A program made the position numbers and the translations under genes. Under the pieces are notes generated by a model, which was not told the DNA's origin, searched no databases, and saw only the letters and a list, made by a program, of their open reading frames with translations. A stretch of DNA of 63,357 bases, the filler included. It is 6 parts of 6 records of this genome, joined end to end, with 100 filler letters (N's around TTAATTAATTAA, not from the genome) between each part and the next. Parts side by side here need not be neighbours in the genome. Positions count along the whole stretch, not along the records: positions 39,759 to 56,011 come from SRR20825010_6184; positions 56,112 to 60,220 come from SRR20825010_6206; 4 more parts are not named here. One strand, written 5' to 3'. This document shows, in pieces, positions 49,681 through 60,320 of this stretch (positions within the stretch are counted from its first letter, which is position 1; the number at the start of each line of letters is the position of its first letter).

Positions 49681-50481
49681 TTAATTTTTCTCTATTGATT
49701 CTTTGTAGTCTCTGATCGATCTGTAAATAGCCGAAGCCATATACTCTTTACCTTCCTGACTCATTAGAAATCTCTCTTCCTCCGTATTGGAAAGAAAGCC
49801 AAGCTCCACCAAAACTGATGGCATAGAAGGAGTCCAAAGCACGTAGAATGGACCTTGCTTTACACCACGGCTTTTTCTACCTACTCTATCTTTAAACTGA
49901 GCTTCAACATTAGCCGCTAAAGTTACAGAATTCTCAAAGTGAACTTTTGACATTAAGTTAAACATCATGTAGGATTCCGGAGAGGAAGGATCGAATCCTT
50001 CGTAGTTCTCCTCGTAATTATCCTCTAGGAGGATTACAGAGTTTTCTCGTTTTACAATGTCAAAGTTGGCATCAAAGTGTTTTGTACCCATCACAAATGT
50101 CTCTGTCCCAAAGGCAGATTTATTTGGCGCTGAGTTGGAATGAATCGAGACAAATAGATCTGCTTTGTTGTTATTTGCAATCATAGGCCTTTCCTTCAAC
50201 GTAGGAAAGCTATCATCCTTTCGGGTGTAGACTACTTCCACATCAGGCATATTTTCCTTGATATATTTCCCAACCAGCAGAGTTACAGCTAGATTGATGT
50301 CTTTTTCCTTAGCCCTTGATCCTACATTACCTGGATCTTTTCCACCGTGTCCGGCATCGAGAACGATTTTTTTCATCCGAAACTTCGGCATCATCGTTTC
50401 GTTGTTGATAAATCCGCCAAACACAAAGGGAATGCATAAAATCAGACTAAGAAGAATTTTTTTGTTTTTGGACCGTTCCAT
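49681..50481 (-). CDS. N-acetylmuramoyl-L-alanine amidase (Amidase_3)
   Basis: LDAGHGGKDPG, EK, SIHSN, VLVELGF; likely start ATG 50481. Confidence 0.92.
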   Translation of the reverse strand: MERSKNKKILLSLILCIPFVFGGFINNETMMPKFRMKKIVLDAGHGGKDPGNVGSRAKEKDINLAVTLLVGKYIKENMPDVEVVYTRKDDSFPTLKERPMIANNNKADLFVSIHSNSAPNKSAFGTETFVMGTKHFDANFDIVKRENSVILLEDNYEENYEGFDPSSPESYMMFNLMSKVHFENSVTLAANVEAQFKDRVGRKSRGVKQGPFYVLWTPSMPSVLVELGFLSNTEEERFLMSQEGKEYMASAIYRSIRDYKESIEKN

Positions 50482-50542
50482 GAGGGCAATAAAATTAACT
50501 TTACACGAAATTTCACTCAAATTAAATAAAGCGTAAGCAACA

Positions 50543-53281
50543 GTGCAGGGATTCAGGCTCTTTTTATTTTGCTTTTTTGGGCTATTGATCGTTCCGCTAC
50601 TAGCGACTGCGCAAAACCCCGTTCGACAGCGTCAAGAGAAGCCTCTGACGCTTCCAGATACATTAATGCCACCTTCGGGAGATCTGGTAGCTCTGGATAC
50701 TGTACCTAACCCTGTTGATACGCTTGCGCTATCTGATTCGACAAAAATTATGCCCAGGAGTGATATCTCTACAGATATTAATTATTATGGGGAAGATAGC
50801 ATGGTTACAAATTTCGAGGAGAACAAAATTTACCTCCACAAACAAGCCTGGTTTGAGTACGGAACGATGAGACTGGAAGCAGACCTTATTGTGATCGACT
50901 GGGGAAATTCCGAATTGTATGCCTCAGGTGTGACTGATAGTTTGGGGAATGTTACCGGGAATCCATTTTTTAAAGACGGATCTGCCTCCTATGAAATCAG
51001 GAAGGAAATGCGCTATAATTTCAAAACCCAAAAAGCCATCATCAAAGATGTAGTCACCGAGCAGCAAGATGGAATCCTGAGAGGGGAAACTATTAAGAAA
51101 ATGGAAGACGGCAGTGTGTACCTCGCAGATGGGTATTACACTACCTGTACACTCACCACACCTCACTACCACGTTTCTTCCAAAAAAATCAAATCTGTGG
51201 AGGGCGGCCAGGTAGTCTCGGGCCCTTTCAACCTTTATTTTAACGGCATTCCTACTCCGCTAGGCTTACCTTTTGGCATCATCCCAAACACACCTGAGGA
51301 GAAAGCCTCGGGACTTATATTTCCTTCTTATGGACAGGAACAGAGACGTGGTCTATATCTGAGGGATTTGGGATACTATTTTGCCATCAATGACTATGTG
51401 CACAGCAGGGTAACAGGCGATATCTATTCCAACGGAGGTTGGGGCTTAAAGTCCCAAACTGTCTACAAAAAGCGATACAGATTTGGAGGATCTTTCAATA
51501 TTGACTTCCAAAAATTCAAATCTCCAGAAACGGAATTGAATCCTGTGGACTACAATACATTCCGAATCCAATGGTCTCACACTCCTGTATCCCGTGGAAA
51601 CAGCAATTTTTCTGCTTCTGTAAATGCTGGTTCTACCAGTTATTTCAACAACATCATCAACCCAAACAGCTACATTAACAATGTGACTTCGGATTTGTCC
51701 TCGAATGTCAATTACACCAAAACTTTTACCGGAACTCCATTCTCTTTATCAACGAGTATGAGGCATTCCCAAAGTGTACAGACTGGCGAAGTGCAGCTGA
51801 GTTTGCCGACTATGAACCTGAGTATGAATAGGCAAAGCCCATTCAAAAACGTGAAATTTGAGCCTCTGAAAACGTTGAATATTGCATACTCTTTTGATAT
51901 GCAAAATACGATTACCAATAAGGTCGAGCAGAATTTCGGTGTAGATCCTGACTTGGTGGAAAATTTTGATGAGCCAGAATTGGTAGATTTCACTCCAGCT
52001 AACTTTGGCTACTTGCTGGAAAACGCAAATAATGGCGCTAGAAATAGAATTCCTGTCAGCTCTAACTTCACACTTTTCAAGTATTTCACTGGAACAGCTT
52101 CTACCAGCTTAACGGAACTGTGGTACCTCAAGCGCATCAATTACTTCTATAATCCTGAGGAGGAGCGTGTAGATAAAATCTTGGAAGATGGCTTTAACAG
52201 AGTAACATTTTATTCCAGTTCATTCAGTCTGGCTACCAATATCTACGGGTACTTTGACTTCAAAAAAGGCAAGATTAAAACTATACGTCAGCATATTCAA
52301 CCATCGGTTAGTTTCAGTTTCACCCCTGATTTTTCAGATCCTTCTTTTGGATATTATCAGGAGGTGCAGACTAATGCGGAAGGAGATACGCGCTTAATGT
52401 CCCGACATGCTGGATTCGCTTACAGCGGTGCTCCATTGGGTGAAAGCAGGTCCATGAGTTTTAATATTCGTAGTGTGGTGGAGGCAAAAATCCTAGACAA
52501 AACCGATTCCATCGAAGGTACTGCCACCAAGAAAATCTCCTTATTGGAAAATATAGACTTTGGCTCCAGCTATAATTTTGCTGCTGATTCATTCAATCTT
52601 GCCCCGATTCGGATCAGTGCACGGACAAGTTTTTTCAACAGAAAATTATCTGTGAACATGAGCTCCTCGCTTGATCCCTATGCTACGACGGCTTACACCA
52701 ATACAAGTGGTGGTGAATCCTTTCGCTCCGTCAATAAGTTTGCATGGAAAAATGGACAGGGACTGGGAACAATCCGAAGTGCATCATTGAATATGAATGC
52801 CTCTATCAATCCCAATTCTGCCCAAAACCAAGGAGAGGTCAGGGATCAACTCACCGACAGTTTTATGCAGACAGGTGGAGTGATGAATGATTTTGTGGAA
52901 AGTGAAATCAATCGAATTGCCACAGATCCTAGCCAATACATCGATTGGGATATTCCTTGGAATGTCTCTTTTGGGTATGTCCTATCCTATAGCAATCAAG
53001 TGACTACCGGAAGAAAAAACATCACCCAAACGATCAGTATGAATGGGGATTTCTCTTTGTCTGAAAAGTGGAAAATCAACTTCAACACTGGTTTGGATAT
53101 GCAGACCAGAGAGCTTACCCAAACCATGGTAGGGATTGCCAGAGATCTTCACTGCTGGCAGATGAATGTGAACTGGATTCCCTTTGGGCGATTTACTTCC
53201 TATAATATCGACATTCGCGTGAAATCAACCATCCTTCAGGATTTGAAAGTATCTAGGAGAAGGTCGTTTTTTGATCAATAA
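50543..53281 (+). CDS. lptD: Putative LPS assembly protein LptD (Bacteroidota type)
   Basis: Signal peptide, YTTC motif, large beta-barrel, RDLHCW; divergent from the amidase gene. Confidence 0.8.
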   Translation: MQGFRLFLFCFFGLLIVPLLATAQNPVRQRQEKPLTLPDTLMPPSGDLVALDTVPNPVDTLALSDSTKIMPRSDISTDINYYGEDSMVTNFEENKIYLHKQAWFEYGTMRLEADLIVIDWGNSELYASGVTDSLGNVTGNPFFKDGSASYEIRKEMRYNFKTQKAIIKDVVTEQQDGILRGETIKKMEDGSVYLADGYYTTCTLTTPHYHVSSKKIKSVEGGQVVSGPFNLYFNGIPTPLGLPFGIIPNTPEEKASGLIFPSYGQEQRRGLYLRDLGYYFAINDYVHSRVTGDIYSNGGWGLKSQTVYKKRYRFGGSFNIDFQKFKSPETELNPVDYNTFRIQWSHTPVSRGNSNFSASVNAGSTSYFNNIINPNSYINNVTSDLSSNVNYTKTFTGTPFSLSTSMRHSQSVQTGEVQLSLPTMNLSMNRQSPFKNVKFEPLKTLNIAYSFDMQNTITNKVEQNFGVDPDLVENFDEPELVDFTPANFGYLLENANNGARNRIPVSSNFTLFKYFTGTASTSLTELWYLKRINYFYNPEEERVDKILEDGFNRVTFYSSSFSLATNIYGYFDFKKGKIKTIRQHIQPSVSFSFTPDFSDPSFGYYQEVQTNAEGDTRLMSRHAGFAYSGAPLGESRSMSFNIRSVVEAKILDKTDSIEGTATKKISLLENIDFGSSYNFAADSFNLAPIRISARTSFFNRKLSVNMSSSLDPYATTAYTNTSGGESFRSVNKFAWKNGQGLGTIRSASLNMNASINPNSAQNQGEVRDQLTDSFMQTGGVMNDFVESEINRIATDPSQYIDWDIPWNVSFGYVLSYSNQVTTGRKNITQTISMNGDFSLSEKWKINFNTGLDMQTRELTQTMVGIARDLHCWQMNVNWIPFGRFTSYNIDIRVKSTILQDLKVSRRRSFFDQ

Positions 53282-53291
53282 TCCGACATCG

Positions 53292-54506
53292 CTAAACTCT
53301 CGACCTGCTAATCGGCATGGTCATACATCGTGGGCCGCCGAGACCTCGGGAAAGCTCAGAAGAAGGAATCTCCAATACTTCTACTCCCATTTGTCTTAAT
53401 GCCCGATTCGTGTGAACGTTTCGATTGTAAGAAATCACCCGGCGTGGTCCTATCGCAAATACGTTAGCCCCATCAAACCACTGCTCGCGCATCGCATAAT
53501 CTGGATTGCCAGCTGCTGTGTGCAGGATCTCCAAATGTGGAATTTCCCGTTCCAAAACGGTGAGTAATGATTCCTTCAGCACTTCACGCTTGATATGCAC
53601 TTTGTCATCTTTGATCTCTTTCAAGGTATAAAGGGAAGTCTGAAGCACTGCATTCATCGCATCAGGATAGGTTAGCACCAGATTTTCATCCAAAATAGTA
53701 AACACCGTATCCAAGTGCATAAACTGTCGCTTTTGTGGTAAATGCACCTCATACACACGCTCTACAGTCCCTTCGGCTAGCATCGCTTTAGCTGCATGAT
53801 AGATAGCCTTTTCATCCGTACGCTCCGAATTACCGATTGCTACGGCCTTTTGCGATAACACTATGATGTCACCACCTTCAATACTTGGAGGATTGTCATG
53901 CCCGAGAATTGGGTATAGTTTGTTGATATTATCTTTAAAATCCGGATGATTTTCGAAAATTGTACGAAGCAAATCCGCCTCACGCTGTCTTCCTTCCATC
54001 CGCATACTTGAGAAAATAATTCCTCCCGGAGTCAGAGCCATGGGATCTCGCTGAAAGTACAAGTTGGGACAAGGGGAAATAACAAAAGCATATTCCATCA
54101 ATTCACCGACATTAAGGTTTGGAAGCTTTTTTCTGAGTTCGTGAACTTTCAAGCCTGCAGTCAAAATGCCCGCACATTCCGCCGTAGAATATCGCACCAA
54201 AATAGCTTCAGCTAAATGCACCATTCCTGAGCGCTTCAGCGATTCTTGTAAGAGCTTAAGTAAAACCTCCTGATCATAAAGGACCCGAATCAACAACTCC
54301 CGTAATTGGTAAACTTTCGCTCCAGTGGATTCCTTAATCAAATTTGAAAACACATCATGTTCTTTTTGCAATGCTTCTAAGTAAGGCACATCGTCAAAAA
54401 GCAGAAATTCCTTATTGTAGGGAGTCAACCTATCAATTTCCTTTCCGGGTCTATGCATCAAAACAGCTTTGAGCGTTCCGAATTCTGAATTAAGTCTAAG
54501 ATTCAT
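53292..54506 (-). CDS. arcA: Arginine deiminase
   Basis: SEFGTLK.V.MHRPG.E, LLFDD, NLYFQRD, IEGGD, MHLDTV, GGPRCM. Confidence 0.9.
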   Translation of the reverse strand: MNLRLNSEFGTLKAVLMHRPGKEIDRLTPYNKEFLLFDDVPYLEALQKEHDVFSNLIKESTGAKVYQLRELLIRVLYDQEVLLKLLQESLKRSGMVHLAEAILVRYSTAECAGILTAGLKVHELRKKLPNLNVGELMEYAFVISPCPNLYFQRDPMALTPGGIIFSSMRMEGRQREADLLRTIFENHPDFKDNINKLYPILGHDNPPSIEGGDIIVLSQKAVAIGNSERTDEKAIYHAAKAMLAEGTVERVYEVHLPQKRQFMHLDTVFTILDENLVLTYPDAMNAVLQTSLYTLKEIKDDKVHIKREVLKESLLTVLEREIPHLEILHTAAGNPDYAMREQWFDGANVFAIGPRRVISYNRNVHTNRALRQMGVEVLEIPSSELSRGLGGPRCMTMPISRSRV

Positions 54507-54735
54507 GGAATTATGTATTTTACATCAATTGAATTTATAAATTATCAATAATTCAATAAATAACCTAAATCAATAACAATTCAATAACGTAAATTTTATC
54601 CTCCACTTGGAGATGTACATCCAGGTTGATCCTTCCTCGTTGTTGGACTCAGGAAAATACTCGTAAACTGAGCAGTCAAATCAAAGCCCAGCACTTTTGA
54701 TTTTCTCCGCTATTCCCTAAAAAACCAACCCCACT

Positions 54736-56011
54736 TCAGTTAAGCTTGATCTGACTTTTTCTTGTTGAATAAAGTCCATTTTGATAGTCTCCATCACATG
54801 CTTCCAAAAGGGCTGTCTTTAGTGATGCTAATTTATCTGGATGAAGTGCAGACAGATCATTTTCTTCCTTCAAATCCTCAGGTAAAAAGAACAATTCAAA
54901 AACATTTTTTGATAAAATCGTCCTCAATTTCCATCCATCCTGTGTAATCAAGGTCGGGCCAGTAAAGGAAGAATAAACCACAAAATCATGTTGCAAATCT
55001 TCTATCCCTTCTCCAACCAATTCATTATAAAATGAAAGCCCATCTGATTCAAAGGGTTTTGAATAGCCAGTGATTTCGGCAATTGTGGGGAGCAAATCAT
55101 AATTAGCCGTAAGACGTTGGCTGACTGCGCCCTTCCCTATTTTTTCAGGCCATTTGATAATTAATGGGACTCTAATTCCACCTTCTAAATTACTCCGCTT
55201 CATTCCAGCCTGACCTCCATTACCATCAAAAACATCCCCAGCCAACTCACTGTAATATTTATTGGTGTGATCATCAAATCTTTCCCCGGTTTGGATATTG
55301 GTATAAGGTTTTTCTATCCGGCCTTCTTTGCTGTAGTAAATCTCATGTCCATTGTCAGACGTGAAAATCACCAGCGTATTCTCTTCAAGATTTAATTCTC
55401 TAAGCTTTTCTACAATCTGCCCCACGTTGTCATCCAGCATTTTGACCATGGAAGCATATTCCTTCTCAATGGAAGTCAATCGATCATCGTTAGCAAAATC
55501 AGGATGAATTTCCGGTATAGACACTGGTCCATGGGGTAATTGAGTTGGGAAATAAATGAAAAATGGATTCTCCTTATTGGATTCAATAAAACCCAGTAGC
55601 CCTTGCATAAAAATATCCTGAGAATAGGTTTCCTTTCCGTTTTTATCCCAGCGTTCCTTGTAACTGGCTTCTGTCTCGGGCTCTATGGATTTCCCTGCGT
55701 TAGGCAGCGTATTACCATCATAGTGTACCATTTTTCCATTTTCAAACAAAAAAGGAGGATAAAAACCATGTGCTCTACCATGATCCAGATATCCCAAATA
55801 ATAATCCCACCCATGTCTAACTAATTGCTGATGAGTGGTAGAAAAGCCCCATTCCAATTTACCAAACTGAGCAGTTTTATACCCCATACCTTGAGCCACT
55901 TGCCCCATAAACACCTGGTCCTTTGAAACTTCAGGCAACTTTTCATTTACAGATTTCTCTATAGCTGACAACGTAGATTCTTCTGCGCGCACATATGCTC
56001 CTGCATTGGAA
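54736..56011 (-). CDS. Sulfatase family protein (5'-truncated)
   Basis: GYKTAQFGK, PH, FTSDNG, EGGIRVP, DLLPT. Confidence 0.85.
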
Positions 56012-56111
56012 NNNNNNNNNNNNNNNNNNNNNNNNNNNNNNNNNNNNNNNNNNNNTTAATTAATTAANNNNNNNNNNNNNNNNNNNNNNNNNNNNNNNNN
56101 NNNNNNNNNNN
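56012..56111. other. Artificial contig spacer
   Basis: Same linker. Confidence 0.98.
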
Positions 56112-57118
56112 TCTGAGATATTTATATCGAATAATAAATAAAACGTTTATATTATTTTATTAGAAACATATTTTATAATATGAAAAATAAAGTAAGATCC
56201 TCAGAGACTACACGCGAAAAATCCAATTTATATAATATGCAAAATAAAAACTTTAATTTTAACCAATTTTATAAACACTTATTACAACATAAGACGCAAA
56301 AACAATTAAATGAAGATTATTTAACTTGATTTATAGGTTTTTTTGAAGCTGATGGTTCTTTTGAATCGGACGGAAGAATTAATATTACTCAAAGTAGTAC
56401 TGATATTCAAGTCTTATATAATATTAAAACTACACTCGGATTTGGACAAGTAACTTGTCACAACAAAAATAGTACTCACCGTTGACGTACTAAAAGATCC
56501 GATTATTATATAGCTGCTTTAATTACTTTGTTATTCAATGATAATTTAATTACTACTTCTAAATTAGAAAGCTTTAAAAAATGACATTATTATTGAAAAC
56601 AGAATGAAAAATACAATAAAATATTAGGCAATGAGTTTATTTTACAAGAAAAAGTTAATCCTGATTTAATATCATTAAATAACGCTTGATTGTCAGGTTA
56701 TATTGATGGAAATGGATGTTGAGCGATATCTTTATACGAAACTTCTTTAAAAAAGAAAAAATGTACATCAATGAGATTAATGATATCAGCACAAAATGAT
56801 ATTGAATGAATTTATAGTGCTATAAATACACTTAAAATAGGAAGAAAAGAACCTAAATTAAATGATATAAATGCAAAATGAACAGTAGGTAAATTTTCCG
56901 AAGTAAACTTATTAATCGATTATATTGAAAAGTTTCGTCATAAAACTAAAAAATCTATTTCATTTAAACGTTTTTGTCAAGTTAGAAGACGTATTATAAA
57001 AGAAGAACATAAAAGTTCAGATGGTTTTTTAAAAATAAAAAAACTTGCAGAAAAAATTAATATATAAGTTGGATTATGATATAGTCCACGGAGTTACTAA
57101 TTAAAGTAACTTTATTAG
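56112..57118 (+). mobile_element. Group I intron in mitochondrial nad5 (3' part; site equivalent to nad5-717)
   Basis: R element TCAGAGACTA near 56200, S element GATATAGTCC 57078-57087, P9 hairpin, terminal G57118 followed by CCA ACC CCA (PTP). Confidence 0.85.
56180..57067 (+). CDS. Intron-encoded double-motif LAGLIDADG endonuclease/maturase (TGA=Trp)
   Basis: 295-aa ORF under code 4 with WFIGFFEADGSF and WLSGYIDGNGC; alternative start ATG 56237. Confidence 0.85.
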
Positions 57119-57159
57119 CCAACCCCAGTATCTGCATTAATACATGCTGCGACAATGGT
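57119..57159 (+). CDS. nad5: nad5 internal 41-nt exon
   Basis: Encodes the invariant PTPVSALIHAATM(V). Confidence 0.9.
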
Positions 57160-58187
57160 AAGTTTAAGTTGCCGTTTTGCGTTGCGAAACGCATTATAAT
57201 GACTTTGCTATATGCGAAAATATCCTGATATTAGTTAACTACACCCTATTGCAAAAGATAGGTCGTAACAACGTTATCTAAAATGGACAATTCGCAGGAA
57301 ACTTTAAAATATAAAATTATGTCACACTTTGATACCAATTTTAGGATTAAAAAAGGATCCTCAGAGACTACATGCAAAGAAACTTATTTAGATTGATTTA
57401 TTGGGTTTACCGAAGGTGATGGTTCTTTTGTTATTCCACAAAAAGATAATAAACCCCCACAATTTGAAATAACTCAGCATATCAATGATATACATGTTCT
57501 ATATAAAATTAAATCCTTTTTAAATTTTGGTACTGTTATAAAACGTAAAGAACGTAATGTAGCTGTATACCAAGTTATAGGTAATTATAAAAACCTTATT
57601 AAATTAGCACATCTTTTTAATGGTAGATTAAGATGTCCAAGACGAGAATTACAGTTTAGAAATTGAATTATAAAACTACAAAAACATCAACCTTTTAATA
57701 TGGAATATAAACCAATTATCTTAAATGTAACATTAAAAGATGCGTGATTAAGTGGTTTTACTGATGCAGAGGGCTGTTTTATGGCAAGACTTAAGCCATG
57801 TAAAACATCTAAACTAGGTTATCAATTAGTCTTAACATATGGTTTAGCACAAAAAACTCCTGAAATTTTATTAGAAATAAAAAAAGCACTTGATTTAGAT
57901 AATAATGTTAGTTATGATCAATCTTGAGATGGTTATAGAATTTCAACAGAAAGTTTAAAAAAGCAAAAAATTATAGTAAGATATTTTAATAGATTTACTT
58001 TAAAAACTCAAAAAAAGATAAATTATTTAAAATATGTTAATTTAATGAGAGATAAAATAAATAAATTACATTTAACAGAAAAAGGATTAAAAATAATAAA
58101 TAGAAAAATAAATAAGTTTAAGGTATAGTCCGATCTACGTCGTAAGGCGTAGCGCTTTTTCATTAAAAAATGAAAAACAACATAATG
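57160..58187 (+). mobile_element. Complete group I intron in nad5
   Basis: Exon ends in U57159, which pairs with G57171 in P1 (AAUGGU/GCCGUU); Q-like AATTCGCAGG; R TCAGAGACTA 57361; S AAGGTATAGTCC 58120; P9 with GUAA loop; terminal G; splicing restores MV-TAGVFL. Confidence 0.9.
57319..58128 (+). CDS. Intron-encoded double-motif LAGLIDADG homing endonuclease (TGA=Trp)
   Basis: 269-aa ORF under code 4 with WFIGFTEGDGSF and WLSGFTDAEGCF; its stop codon lies inside the S element. Confidence 0.88.
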
Positions 58188-59403
58188 AACCGCAGGTGTA
58201 TTCTTAATTGCAAGATGTTCACCTTTATTTGAATACGCTCCAACAGCTTTAATGGTAGTAACTTTCGTAGGTGCAATGACAGCATTTTTTGCAGCTACAA
58301 CAGGTATGTTACAAAACGATTTAAAACGAGTAATTGCTTATTCTACTTGTAGTCAGTTAGGGTATATGGTATTTGCTTGTGGAATATCTAATTATTCTGT
58401 AGGTGTATTTCATTTATCAAACCATGCTTTTTTTAAAGCATTATTATTCCTAAGTGCAGGATCAGTTATCCATGCTATGTCTGATGAACAAGATATGCGT
58501 AAGATGGGTGGTTTAATGAATCTTATCCCATATTCTTACAGTATGATGGTTATAGGGTCACTTTCATTAATGGGTTTTCCATTTTTAACAGGATTCTATT
58601 CTAAAGATGTTATCTTAGAATTAGCATATGCTAAGTACACAATTAATGGTACCTTTGCACATTGATTAGGTACATTATCTGCATTATTTACAGCTTTCTA
58701 TTCATTTAGATTGTTATATCTAACTTTTTTACATAAAACTAATAGTTATAAAACCTTTATATTAAATGCTCATGACGCACCTCCTGTTATGGCAATACCT
58801 TTATTTTTATTATCTTTAGGTAGTATTTTTATAGGTTATTTAACTAAAGATATGATTATTGGTTTAGGTACTAACTTTTGAGGTAATGCGATATTCATTC
58901 TACCCAAAAATGTGATAATGATTGATGCTGAATTTATTCCTCATTCTATCAAATTATTACCAGTATGCTTTAGTTTATTTGGTGCTGGTTTAGCATTATT
59001 CTTATATGATACTTCTAAACACACTTTATATTCTTTAAAGGTAAATCCTTCTAATTCTTTTGGACGTCAATTATATTGATTCTTAAGCCGTAAATGATAT
59101 TTTGATAAAGTTTACAACGAATATCTTGCTTTAAATTCTTTAAAATTTGGTTATAATGTTTCTTTCAAACTTTTTGATAGAGGGATGATTGAAATTTTAG
59201 GGCCACATGGTTTAGCTTATTCAGTTGGAGATTTTTCTCGTAAAGTAAGCCGTTTTCAAACAGGTTATATTTATCATTATGCTTTTGTAATGTTAATTGG
59301 TGTAACTTTCTTAATTACATTTGTTGCATTATGAAATATCTTAACCTTCTATATTGATTATCGTCTATATTTTATTTTCCTTGTAGCATTACTAGTTACT
59401 TAG
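58188..59403 (+). CDS. nad5: NADH dehydrogenase subunit 5, last exon (mitochondrial, TGA=Trp)
   Basis: [50 protein letters not shown]; reads through in-frame TGA codons to TAG 59403. Confidence 0.95.
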
Positions 59404-59596
59404 ATAAACAGTAACGTAATTTATAAGAAATAATATTTTTTAAGAATTATTATTTTACCATATATATATAAGTATATATCAAAATTTATTGGTTATATAC
59501 TTTATATATATATTTTATTAACTAAAATTTCAACTATAATATAACTTATATATATATATATAAGTATTTCTATTGTAAATATAATTAAGAATAATA

Positions 59597-60166
59597 ATGA
59601 CGAAAGAGAGTAAAAAATATGATGACCAGAAATTTTTGTGAGCAGTTTATATGTTTAGTGTTATTATATTAATGATTGGATTAGCTTATGCTTCTGTGCC
59701 ATTGTATCGTCTATTTTGTCAAACAACTGGCTTTGGAGGAACTATTAAAAAAACTCCATCAATTCCAGATATTTCTAATATAAATTTAGAAGGAAATAGA
59801 AAAAAAACTTATACTATTCAATTTAACAGTGATGTAAGTGATGACATGCCTTGGACCTTTAAACCTACTCAAAATGAAATCAAGGTAAAATCAGGAGAAA
59901 CAGCGCTAGCATTTTACACTGCATCTAATCCTACTGATAAACCTATCATCGGTATTTCTACTTATAATGTAACACCACAAAAAGTCGGATTATATTTTAA
60001 TAAAATTCAATGTTTTTGTTTTGAAGAGCAATTATTAAAGCCAAATGAAAAAATTGAAATGCCAGTTTTATTTTTCGTAGACCCTGAAATTGATTCAGAT
60101 CCACGAATGGCTGAAATTGAGAGTATTACTTTATCTTATACATTTTTTGCTGTTAATGAGAAATAA
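59597..60166 (+). CDS. cox11: Cytochrome c oxidase assembly protein Cox11 (mitochondrion-encoded)
   Basis: YASVPLYRLFCQTTG.GG, PW.FKP, YFNKIQCFCFEEQ, LSYTFF; extends to ATG 59597 with TGA=Trp. Confidence 0.93.
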
Positions 60167-60220
60167 TATTTATATTGTATCGCGTATCTCATACGCATTA
60201 TATAAATATATATCAAAATA

Positions 60221-60320
60221 NNNNNNNNNNNNNNNNNNNNNNNNNNNNNNNNNNNNNNNNNNNNTTAATTAATTAANNNNNNNNNNNNNNNNNNNNNNNN
60301 NNNNNNNNNNNNNNNNNNNN
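60221..60320. other. Artificial contig spacer
   Basis: Same linker. Confidence 0.98.

Noticed and set aside
58252-58665. 137-aa ORF that looks like a truncated nuoL/nad5 pseudogene
   Set aside because: The stop is a TGA read as Trp. The frame continues to 59403 with conserved Nad5 motifs.
59404-59596. TA-dinucleotide runs and imperfect palindromes between nad5 and cox11
   Set aside because: Low-complexity AT-rich mitochondrial spacer, with no tRNA or defined element recognisable.
60090-60320. ORFs running into or across N-runs (60090-60272 and the tail of 60265-61377)
   Set aside because: Artefacts of translating the spacer.
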